38,000 bases of DNA from a virus. Taxonomy: Duplodnaviria; Caudoviricetes. The notes under the pieces were generated by a model. That model had not been told where the DNA came from and searched no databases. It was given only the letters and a program-made list of their open reading frames with translations. A program made the position numbers and the translations under genes. This document shows, piece after piece, positions 1-7,264 of the stretch (position 1 is its first letter; each line of letters opens with the position of its first letter). Where the stretch lies: positions 1 through 38,000 of IMG/VR virus record IMGVR_UViG_3300020043_003657; one strand, given 5' to 3'.

Positions 1-111
1 TGAGTGATCTTCAACGCGGAGGCGCTGGGTGAATGCTGGGTAGGATGAGGTAGTGACGGAGCCTGGAGGTGCGTCGGGGAGGTGGTTGATTGAGGGAACG
101 ATGCGCTGAGC

Positions 112-375
112 GTGGGCGATACACCGAGAACAGACGAAGCAGCATTTGTGGCCCAAACGGGCATCAGAAAACATGACGTTGTAACTATTGCATTCTCGGA
201 AACTTTAGAACGCGAACTCAACGCCGCCAACGCCGAACTCGCAAAACTGAAAAAAGTCATCCGCAAAATCTATTACAAGACAGAAACCTACGCTGACGGA
301 GCGCCAGACGCCACCGCGCACGACAAACTCTGCAACGATATATCATGTGAACTCGAACGCTACATCAAAGCGTGA
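112..375 (+). CDS. small early phage protein (DTPRTD...LERELN type)
   Basis: 87-aa ORF with GTG start; the N-terminal DTPRTD and LERELNAAN resemble a common small phage protein. Confidence 0.65.
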   Translation: MGDTPRTDEAAFVAQTGIRKHDVVTIAFSETLERELNAANAELAKLKKVIRKIYYKTETYADGAPDATAHDKLCNDISCELERYIKA

Positions 376-437
376 AACTCTCGAAGGGACGATTATAGAA
401 ATTATAGTTTTTGCTAAAACAAATAATAAAATTTCTT

Positions 438-465
438 TTGCATTTTTCCCAATATCGCTTAACCT
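438..465 (+). promoter_or_regulatory. sigma70-like promoter
   Basis: TTGCAT-16 nt-TAACCT with an AT-rich UP-like tract upstream, ahead of the + strand operon. Confidence 0.55.
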
Positions 466-552
466 TTACCCTAGCCAAACGGCTAGATCAATTTGCCTTC
501 CGGCACTTTGCCACAGGCACTAACCAAAACAAACAAAACAAAACAAACGATA

Positions 553-1182
553 ATGAAATCCATCATCAACTCCACCTGCGAACTCGAACTCAACGTCACC
601 GTGCCAGCCTCCATCGCTGAAGCTGTCCAGCTTTTCGGTGAAGACGCTGTGCTCATGGCCGCCATTCGCCAAACCTTTTACGGCCCCTGGAACTCCCAGT
701 TCCGCCGTGAGTTTGCGAAGAAGCTCGAAGAAGTCACAGGCGTTGCCCGTCCTCAGCTCGTCCAAAACGGCGTGCCAGTCACTCGCTCAACCAAAGGCGG
801 TGAAGTTCCAGTGCTTGTCACTGAAGCCACCTACTTCAAGAAGCTCTTGCAGGATTCTGCGATCAGCTTTGAAGACTACGCCGTCACTGGTCAGCAAGTA
901 GCTGACTCCTTCAAGTTCGAGATCCCTGCCGCTGAACGTGAAGCTGCTCCCCACAAGGACTTCATCACACTGGCCAAGCAGATTCTCGCCAAGATCGAAG
1001 CTGGTGCTATCGGCACCGACGGTCAGCCTGTCACAGAAGACAGCATCACTGGCAAGCTTGAAGCCGCCAATCCTGGCCTTACCCTGGAGTCCATCGGTGG
1101 CTTCACTGTGGAAGGTCTGGCTCGCGCTCTTCAGATCGACGCCAAACGTCGCCAGCTGGAAGCCGCAAACAACCTGATCTAA
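553..1182 (+). CDS. hypothetical protein, probably highly expressed
   Basis: ATG at 553 follows a (CAAA)n leader and is preferred over the TTG at 493; strongly biased codon use. Confidence 0.85.
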   Translation: MKSIINSTCELELNVTVPASIAEAVQLFGEDAVLMAAIRQTFYGPWNSQFRREFAKKLEEVTGVARPQLVQNGVPVTRSTKGGEVPVLVTEATYFKKLLQDSAISFEDYAVTGQQVADSFKFEIPAAEREAAPHKDFITLAKQILAKIEAGAIGTDGQPVTEDSITGKLEAANPGLTLESIGGFTVEGLARALQIDAKRRQLEAANNLI

Positions 1183-1186
1183 TTCA

Positions 1187-1616
1187 GGCTGAGCTGAGCA
1201 TCTCGTTAAACTGCTCACCTTCAAATCAGCACACTGCAGTGAGGGCACATGTAGAGGATGTCGATGTAACCAAATGATCTACAAGCGTGAGCGACCTGAC
1301 CAGTGTGTTGATTTGAAGGTAAGAACGGCCCTAACAAAGGAGGCTTACCATCACCAGAGATTTGCTGATCCCACTGGCTAAAGGGACTGTCGGATGAAGG
1401 CTTCGAGCCTACCTTACACACGCAAGAGAGTCGTTATTAAATCAGACGTGTGGGGTTGCAGACACCCAAAGTGACATACTAGTTAAAGTCAACACTGCCG
1501 ACCGTGAGGGAACAATAGGTCGTTAAAGTCTTTCCCCTCTGGCTAACATTAAGCGTTTGGTATGTTAGTTATTACAAACAACCGCCAGCCTCGGCTCCGT
1601 CACTGTAACGACGGGC
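1187..1616 (+). ncRNA. putative structured non-coding RNA (long hairpin plus several H-type pseudoknots)
   Basis: 20-bp stem 1217-1236/1301-1320 with one G-U; four possible pseudoknots; no convincing ORF. Confidence 0.55.
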
Positions 1617-1625
1617 ACAAACACA

Positions 1626-1799
1626 ATGAACCCTACTACAATAGTTTATAAAAAAAAAGCTTATAAATCTTATTTTCATCCAGATTTCACACAGTGTAAA
1701 ACATGCTTCAAAATTCTAACGCTTAAAGCCATTACTTGTTGCAGTCAGCCTTTACTTCATAAACGAGTTCTTATTCTCAGAGACCGAGCAACCTGCTGA
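1626..1799 (+). CDS. small Cys-rich hypothetical protein (57 aa)
   Basis: Translated by hand: MNPTTIVYKKKAYKSYFHPDFTQCKTCFKILTLKAITCCSQ...; A/C-rich leader. Confidence 0.5.
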   Translation: MNPTTIVYKKKAYKSYFHPDFTQCKTCFKILTLKAITCCSQPLLHKRVLILRDRATC

Positions 1800-1816
1800 C
1801 AATGTGGTGGCTCAAC

Positions 1817-1890
1817 GAGTGGTGAACAGCAACTCTTGATCAGGGCGCTGCTAACTGGATTAGGTGGTTCGATTCCACCCCCACTCACCA
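1817..1890 (+). tRNA. non-canonical tRNA-like RNA or tRNA pseudogene (possible Ser-GCU loop)
   Basis: GAGTGG/CCACTC acceptor plus A-CCA; perfect T arm GGTGG-TTCGATT-CCACC; CTGCTAA loop; D and anticodon stems do not fold canonically. Confidence 0.6.
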
Positions 1891-1893
1891 AAA

Positions 1894-1972
1894 GAGTAGG
1901 AGGCTAGTAACCTCGGGGATAAAACGCACACAGGCTTTGGACTTACTATCCACACCGTGTGACTACTCACCA
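1894..1972 (+). ncRNA. CCA-ending tRNA-mimic-like RNA
   Basis: GAGTAG/CTACTC stem plus A-CCA; internal hairpins GAGG-CTAGTAA-CCTC and CACAC...TGGA-CTTACTA-TCCA...GTGTG. Confidence 0.45.
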
Positions 1973-2059
1973 TTCTCCACAGGCAAGCCTCGACCTTGAA
2001 CAGGCCAACGACCGAACCGGCGGGTGCGAAAATACCGGACTTAACTCACAAACACTACT

Positions 2060-2347
2060 ATGCCACGAGACATCTCAACCCTACTCAAACGCCTCGGTCT
2101 CTCCGGCGTTAACAAGCCCAAAGCCACACCCTCCCACCCTACGAAATCACACGTTGTCGTCGCCAAGGAAGGTTCCCAAGTCAAAACCATTCGCTTCGGC
2201 CAGCAAGGAGTCTCCGGCTCACCTGCTCGCGAAGGAGAATCTTCCTCCGACGCAGCACGACGCAAGTCCTTCAAAGCTCGTCACGCTTCCAACATCTCCA
2301 AAGGCAAAATGTCCGCAGCTTACTGGGCAGACAAAGTTAAATGGTAA
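2060..2347 (+). CDS. conserved small basic phage protein
   Basis: Motif KSHVV...IRFGQQG...RRKSFKARH...SAAYWADKVKW, recalled from aquatic phages. Confidence 0.85.
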   Translation: MPRDISTLLKRLGLSGVNKPKATPSHPTKSHVVVAKEGSQVKTIRFGQQGVSGSPAREGESSSDAARRKSFKARHASNISKGKMSAAYWADKVKW

Positions 2348-2354
2348 CACCACT

Positions 2355-2576
2355 ATGTCCTTCTTCTCTTCCCGCTCCACCCTTCGATCCCCATCCTATT
2401 CCTCTCCGCTAACTGACTTAACCGACAGGAAAATCAGGAACTACATTCTCGCCGGGAAGTATGGCGAAGAGAAGAAGGAAGCTTTGCTCAAGGCGATTGC
2501 TGCAAAGAAAGGTAAGAAGTCAAAATCAAAAGTCAAACTGCAAGTAAAGCTGAGCGACTTCAAACATGTGCTATGA
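2355..2576 (+). CDS. small Lys-rich hypothetical protein
   Basis: ATG at 2355 within ORF 1959..2576; ATGA overlap with the next gene. Confidence 0.7.
   Translation: MSFFSSRSTLRSPSYSSPLTDLTDRKIRNYILAGKYGEEKKEALLKAIAAKKGKKSKSKVKLQVKLSDFKHVL
2407..2423. repeat. palindromic site 1 (CGCTAA-CTGAC-TTAACC)
   Basis: Copy of the dispersed GGTTAA-N5-TTAACC motif at a C-rich to G-rich switch. Confidence 0.75.
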
Positions 2577-3136
2577 CAAATCCTTTATTAACTTTCCGAC
2601 TGTTCGAGCAAATGCTGTATCAAGCTTTGCTTTATTATAAAGAGGGCAAGTCAATTAGCTGGGCACCCAGGAAAGCAGGCTTCTCTCCTGAGTATGTTCG
2701 CAGAGTGATGCGGCAAATCGGTAAGGCTGTTCTCGAACACGAAGAGTGGATTACTGAAATCGACCGTGACACTTTGCGTAAAGCGTATGAAGATTATGAG
2801 TGGGGTGTGAGTGAAGATGAAATCAGCTTTCGTCCAAGATACTTCTCTCAAAGGCTTCGTGCTGCGATGTCGCTTGGCAATGTTCCTGTCAGTCTTGTCA
2901 GTGGAGACAACTCCAACGTGCCGCCTGCTCGTGCGCTGATTAAGATTGATGGAACTAATCGAGAGTTTGTCGAGCGCATCTGCTACCTAAAAAACTTCGA
3001 CCAGATGGGTGAAGATGTTCTACTTCTCAACCTTCGTCCTGAACTGCTCGACGAAATGCTTAACCTATTTCCTAACATCGAGTTAATTCAAGATGAACAA
3101 CAAGGCATACCAACATCACACTACATCCTCCTATGA
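2573..3136 (+). CDS. hypothetical protein
   Basis: 187-aa ORF with ATGA coupling at both ends. Confidence 0.8.
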   Translation: MTNPLLTFRLFEQMLYQALLYYKEGKSISWAPRKAGFSPEYVRRVMRQIGKAVLEHEEWITEIDRDTLRKAYEDYEWGVSEDEISFRPRYFSQRLRAAMSLGNVPVSLVSGDNSNVPPARALIKIDGTNREFVERICYLKNFDQMGEDVLLLNLRPELLDEMLNLFPNIELIQDEQQGIPTSHYILL

Positions 3137-3417
3137 GCACAATATCAAACCCATACAAAAGCAAACGACTACCGGTTAAACGGCTCGCTTGCGATGTGGG
3201 AGAAGCAGATTGGAAGTGGCTACGTCAGATGATACCTGACGGGCCGCTGCAAGACATCATGCTATCACACCTTTTCCTGAACTTCATTCAGGACTTTAAG
3301 ACAGAGCTAAACAACGAACAACTCACAACTCCACCTACAGACGAACATGGATTTACTACAGTCAAACACATTCTCTCACGAACTCTACGCAGACGTTCCA
3401 GTCCACCAGCTGCTTGA
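3133..3417 (+). CDS. hypothetical protein
   Basis: 94-aa ORF coupled to the upstream gene. Confidence 0.7.
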   Translation: MSTISNPYKSKRLPVKRLACDVGEADWKWLRQMIPDGPLQDIMLSHLFLNFIQDFKTELNNEQLTTPPTDEHGFTTVKHILSRTLRRRSSPPAA

Positions 3418-3589
3418 TATGGACATCACAAAGCTTGGACCTAAAGAACTCAACGCTTATATCGAGAAGCTGGATTCTGTCAAGCACGCACCTGCAACGC
3501 GCAAAGCTGTTGCTCGCAAAGAAGCCAGAGCAATATCAAAAGGAACTACACATGAAACGATTGATCAGACCTTGGCGCACTTGTTTTGA
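3347..3589 (+). CDS. hypothetical protein
   Basis: 80-aa ORF with protein-like composition. Confidence 0.65.
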   Translation: MDLLQSNTFSHELYADVPVHQLLDMDITKLGPKELNAYIEKLDSVKHAPATRKAVARKEARAISKGTTHETIDQTLAHLF

Positions 3590-3851
3590 GTTCTTCTTCT
3601 GCACAAGCGTAGTCATTATCAACAGTCAAGGAAAAGTAACTATCCAGATTCGTTATCCTTTTGGCTTACCGCCAAGGGACTATGAACCTAAGTGGAGTTA
3701 CTACTCCGGTGACGACATCTATCGTTCAGTAAAATTCTCTACCCTCCCCACCATCAACACCATCATCTATGCAACAAATAATACTTCAGACAGATTACAA
3801 GCGCCCCGCGCCGGACTTAGCCAAACTTCGCAAGCTGTTCAAGTGGCGTGA
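3552..3851 (+). CDS. hypothetical protein
   Basis: ATG at 3552 with AGGAA upstream, within ORF 3414..3851; fills the gap before the nuclease gene. Confidence 0.45.
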   Translation: MKRLIRPWRTCFEFFFCTSVVIINSQGKVTIQIRYPFGLPPRDYEPKWSYYSGDDIYRSVKFSTLPTINTIIYATNNTSDRLQAPRAGLSQTSQAVQVA

Positions 3852-4827
3852 CGACGGCGATCTCGACCTGCACTTTGACTGGTCATCGCTTGAATGCTTC
3901 CTAAGCTGCAATCGCTCTGCGTTATACAAGCTCGTCCACTCCAAGACTTCCAAGGGTAAAGCTGCACTAACCTTCGGAGCAGCAATCCACGCAGCGCTGG
4001 AAGTTTATTACAAGCTCCACACCGATCCTGACAAAGCCAAAGTCTTACAGCTGTGCCGTCAAGCTATTGACAACGCTTTCGCTGAAGTGACCATCAGTTA
4101 CTTTGACGAATACCGCACACCTGACTACGCTTACTCTTGCTTCCTGCAATACATCCAGCACTACGCACAAGAGTCTCTTACTCCCATCGTTACCGCTGAC
4201 CGCCCGTTGATTGAGTTCTCATTCGCGTTCGACCTTGCAGAGATGAACATTCCAGCAAGTGTGTTCCACACCTACGGCTTGGGCATGCTTACCAACGAGC
4301 CAGAGAAAGAAGCTCAAGCTGTTGGTGACCTTCGCGTTCACGTCAAATGGACAGGCATCTGTGACCTTGTTGCTAACATCAACGGAGAGAACTGGCTCAT
4401 CGACCATAAGACTACGTCAATCCTTTCCTCTGATTTCTTTGATGGCTTCAACCTCGCAATGCAACCAATCGGTTATGTCTACGCTGCAAACTTAGCATTC
4501 CCCGAACTGGACATCGCTGGCTTCATGGTGAACACCCTCGCCTGCCGCAAGCCAACAAAGACTGGCAAGGGCTTTGAAGCTCATCGTTCATTCCATCGCT
4601 ACGAAGCATGGCAGTTCGATGAGTGGAAGTCAGACGCAACTAACCTAATCAGCGAGTTCGTCTACAACCTCACGTTAAACTCTTGGCCAAAGAAAACCAC
4701 GTGGTGCATTGGCAAGTACGGCAAGTGTCCTTTCCTGGATGTCTGCTCTCTACCACCAGCTCACCGCATTCACCTCCTCGACTCCGATCAATACGTCAAC
4801 AACACCTGGAAACCTGTATCTGCTTAA
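3769..4827 (+). CDS. PD-(D/E)XK exonuclease, Cas4/RecB-like
   Basis: FGAAIHAALE, GICDLV, LIDHKT, QPIGY motifs; N-terminal Cys plus C-terminal C-x6-C-x5-C, typical of Fe-S staple nucleases. Confidence 0.88.
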   Translation: MQQIILQTDYKRPAPDLAKLRKLFKWRDDGDLDLHFDWSSLECFLSCNRSALYKLVHSKTSKGKAALTFGAAIHAALEVYYKLHTDPDKAKVLQLCRQAIDNAFAEVTISYFDEYRTPDYAYSCFLQYIQHYAQESLTPIVTADRPLIEFSFAFDLAEMNIPASVFHTYGLGMLTNEPEKEAQAVGDLRVHVKWTGICDLVANINGENWLIDHKTTSILSSDFFDGFNLAMQPIGYVYAANLAFPELDIAGFMVNTLACRKPTKTGKGFEAHRSFHRYEAWQFDEWKSDATNLISEFVYNLTLNSWPKKTTWCIGKYGKCPFLDVCSLPPAHRIHLLDSDQYVNNTWKPVSA

Positions 4828-4830
4828 CCT

Positions 4831-5595
4831 ATGAAATCCTCCACTAACTTCACACCACGCCTCCCTCAATCCTTCCTGTTCATCGGCTCGCCCGGCTCAG
4901 GAAAAACAACCTTCGCACTCCAACTTCCAAAGGTCGGCATCATCGACTGCGATGACAATCTCGGTGGCTCAGTCCGCTACCTGCGCTCCATCAACAAGAT
5001 CAAACCATTTCACTACGACACACCCCTCCGTGATGCGAATGACAAACCTGTCCCTCGTGAGCAGCAGTTCACACAGGTCTGCAAGATCCTCGACGAGATG
5101 GTTGCTTCACCAGAAGTCGAGACTATCATCATCGACTCACTCTCCTCCCTCGTCGAGATGCTCTTCGCCCACGTTCTCTCCCAGATGAAACGTCCGATCT
5201 CTCCCGACCTGCGCATCGCCGATAAGAAATTCGAGTATGAAGACTGGGCAGCTTTCGGCAATCTCCTCCGCAAGTTCATCTTCAACCTCAAAGCCTGTGG
5301 CAAACGCTTTGGTCTTACCGCTCACACCAACGTCGATCAGGACGAACTAACCAAGATCCTCTACCGCTTCATCAACTGCCCTGGCGCTGTTCGCAACCAT
5401 CTCTCCGGCTGGTTCGAAGAAGCCTGGGAATTCTACATCTTTACTCAAGGCGTCCCACCTAACGAGAAAGCAATCCGCAAAATCCGCACAGTGCCAGACG
5501 CACGCTCAGTGAATCTCGGTCTCAAAACCTCCGCTGGCCTTGCTTCCACCCTCGACGCAGACGTAGATACAATCCTCTCCAAACTCAGCGCATGA
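4831..5595 (+). CDS. AAA_24/Sak4-like ATPase (recombination)
   Basis: Walker A GSPGSGKTT, Walker B IIIDSLS, TAH motif; lies between the exonuclease and SSB-like genes. Confidence 0.85.
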   Translation: MKSSTNFTPRLPQSFLFIGSPGSGKTTFALQLPKVGIIDCDDNLGGSVRYLRSINKIKPFHYDTPLRDANDKPVPREQQFTQVCKILDEMVASPEVETIIIDSLSSLVEMLFAHVLSQMKRPISPDLRIADKKFEYEDWAAFGNLLRKFIFNLKACGKRFGLTAHTNVDQDELTKILYRFINCPGAVRNHLSGWFEEAWEFYIFTQGVPPNEKAIRKIRTVPDARSVNLGLKTSAGLASTLDADVDTILSKLSA

Positions 5596-5786
5596 CCCGC
5601 ACCTTCCTCGTAGCTATCGACCTCGACGACGATGCAGACCTAACCGCTGTATCTGAAGATATTCAATTCCTTCTATCAGACGAGGAATACAAAGTATCCT
5701 CAGTCCGTCCTTGGTCATCTCCAAACATACCGACCACCACTCTAGAACCATTCACCCTTCCAACCCTTCAAGTTCCACAATTATGA
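5592..5786 (+). CDS. small acidic hypothetical protein
   Basis: 64-aa ORF with ATGA overlaps at both ends. Confidence 0.7.
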   Translation: MTRTFLVAIDLDDDADLTAVSEDIQFLLSDEEYKVSSVRPWSSPNIPTTTLEPFTLPTLQVPQL

Positions 5787-6226
5787 ATCTCGATCAACAT
5801 CCCTTGCCGCCAGGTTATTCTCTCATCACATCCAAACCAAACTGGAAGCCACTTCCTGAAGACACCATTATGCTCACTCCAATGGGCTGGGTATTACCTC
5901 TTGACGAATCTGTCTGCCACACCCATGACGGCCCATTCGCCACAAGAGACAGTGACTCCATCGACATCCTCGAAGAAGCATACGACCTCACCACAGTCTC
6001 CCGCCAAGGCGACTACGGTTGTCCCTCCGAATCTTTCTCTCGCATCGCTGCCTTCTGGACGACCTACCTCGACCACGAAATTTCCCCACAACAAGTCGCT
6101 CAGATGATGGCGCTACTCAAAATCTCTCGCTCCATCACTTCCCCCAAGCGTGACACTTTCGCAGACCAAGCAGGCTATACTCGCCTCGCCTATCTGCTAA
6201 CCCCTGTGCCTCCTAGCGAGGCCTAA
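5783..6226 (+). CDS. DUF6378-like protein
   Basis: ILEEA...RQGDYG.P..SF.RIAAFW...VAQMMALLKISR...D..GY; start at ATG 5783. Confidence 0.8.
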   Translation: MNLDQHPLPPGYSLITSKPNWKPLPEDTIMLTPMGWVLPLDESVCHTHDGPFATRDSDSIDILEEAYDLTTVSRQGDYGCPSESFSRIAAFWTTYLDHEISPQQVAQMMALLKISRSITSPKRDTFADQAGYTRLAYLLTPVPPSEA

Positions 6227-6266
6227 ACCAAAACACAAACAAAAACAAACAAACACAAAAAACAAT

Positions 6267-6743
6267 ATGTCATTCCTCTCCCTCTCCCTCAACGACGTTG
6301 ATACCTCCATGCCACTTCTCACCGAAGGCAAACATGAAGTCACCATCACCGAAGCTTCAGTCGTCGAAGCGAAGAACGCTCCAGGTTGCTACAACCTCAA
6401 GTTGTCTTTCTCCACGACTCAGCCTTCCACCGACAACAAAGGCAAACCGCTGAACGCAGGCTACAAGCTCACACGCTTCTATCCAGCTCCATCCGAACTG
6501 CGCGATCCAGAAAAGAACGACATGTTCAAGAAGTCTCTCTGCCTTCTTCAACTTGCCGTCTGCGGTCTCCCTAACACCGAAGAAGGTAAGTCCCAGCTTC
6601 CCCAATTCGACGAGAGCTTCATCGCTTCCATGATCGGTCGCTCGGTCATCGCTAACGTGAAGACCTCCAAAACCAAAGACGGAGACGACGACACCTACGG
6701 ACCAAAATCCGAAGTTGCTTCCGTCTACTCCATCAACGGCTAA
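6267..6743 (+). CDS. ssDNA-binding protein-like (DUF669/OB fold)
   Basis: LLTEGKHEVTITEASV N-terminus, acidic patch near the C-terminus, position in the Sak4 module, (CAAA)n leader. Confidence 0.7.
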   Translation: MSFLSLSLNDVDTSMPLLTEGKHEVTITEASVVEAKNAPGCYNLKLSFSTTQPSTDNKGKPLNAGYKLTRFYPAPSELRDPEKNDMFKKSLCLLQLAVCGLPNTEEGKSQLPQFDESFIASMIGRSVIANVKTSKTKDGDDDTYGPKSEVASVYSING

Positions 6744-6752
6744 ACCCCACAC

Positions 6753-6782
6753 AGCGCTGGCAGACCGCTTTATAGTCTGCCA
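6753..6782 (+). promoter_or_regulatory. H-type RNA pseudoknot
   Basis: AGCG/CGCT stem 1, 1-nt loop, TGGCAGAC/GTCTGCCA stem 2. Confidence 0.7.
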
Positions 6783-6789
6783 CTTTCTT

Positions 6790-6969
6790 ATGCCAACCGT
6801 CATTCACTCATTTGATGATTTTGTTCAAGAAGCTGCAAAGCTCCCTGATTTATCTAGAGCTCCTATATTTCATCTCGACCCTCTTGAAGCACACTTCTTT
6901 TCTGTCGCAGATAAACACGGTGTCATAGACGAAATACTCGATCCAGAAACAGAAATCTACTTTGACTAA
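6790..6969 (+). CDS. small hypothetical protein
   Basis: ATG at 6790 (MPTVIHSF...) within ORF 6715..6969. Confidence 0.65.
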   Translation: MPTVIHSFDDFVQEAAKLPDLSRAPIFHLDPLEAHFFSVADKHGVIDEILDPETEIYFD

Positions 6970-6970
6970 C

Positions 6971-7186
6971 ATGAAATACCTCGACCTCGCCCAGCGTCTC
7001 GAAGACCTCGATTCCCGCATCGCTCGTAACGACAAAGAATCCTCCACCAACTCTGCCCGCATCAACAGCCTCGAAAATCAAATCGAGACTGCCAAGAAAA
7101 AACAACGCGCCCTCCGCACAGCTCGCCTTACTCTCCTCGACGAGAAAGAAACCACAACGCGTGAGTTCAAAGCACGCCTCGGTTAA
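6971..7186 (+). CDS. coiled-coil hypothetical protein
   Basis: ATG at 6971; heptad-like pattern. Confidence 0.75.
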   Translation: MKYLDLAQRLEDLDSRIARNDKESSTNSARINSLENQIETAKKKQRALRTARLTLLDEKETTTREFKARLG

Positions 7187-7197
7187 GCTACTTAACC
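7181..7197. repeat. palindromic site 2 (GGTTAA-GCTAC-TTAACC, perfect arms)
   Basis: Consensus copy at a skew switch. Confidence 0.85.
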
Positions 7198-7205
7198 AAC
7201 ACTCT

Positions 7206-7239
7206 TGTCCCGTAGTGTCATCAACGGGGCACAATTTTT
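7206..7239 (+). terminator. possible intrinsic terminator
   Basis: TGTCCCGT/ACGGGGCA stem followed by CAATTTTT. Confidence 0.45.
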
Positions 7240-7264
7240 AACCAGTTAGTCAATTTAATCCTAT

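Noticed and set aside
1-120. Inversion junction or inverted gene fragment at the window start
   Set aside because: No matching source in the window beyond a chance-level 12-mer at 1593; the G-richness fits the skew sawtooth.
481-497. Extra palindromic site GGCTAG-ATCAA-TTTGCC (also weak ones at 13847 and 36454)
   Set aside because: More degenerate and with no clear skew jump of its own; left out pending a PWM scan.
1187-1890. tmRNA, SRP RNA or 6S RNA
   Set aside because: No G3-U70 alanine acceptor or GGGG 5' end, no SRP domain IV motif, and the rod is short for 6S.
1959-2354. 5' extension of the 205-aa ORF
   Set aside because: It overlaps the conserved 2060-2347 gene and the tRNA-like element; the likely start is ATG 2355.
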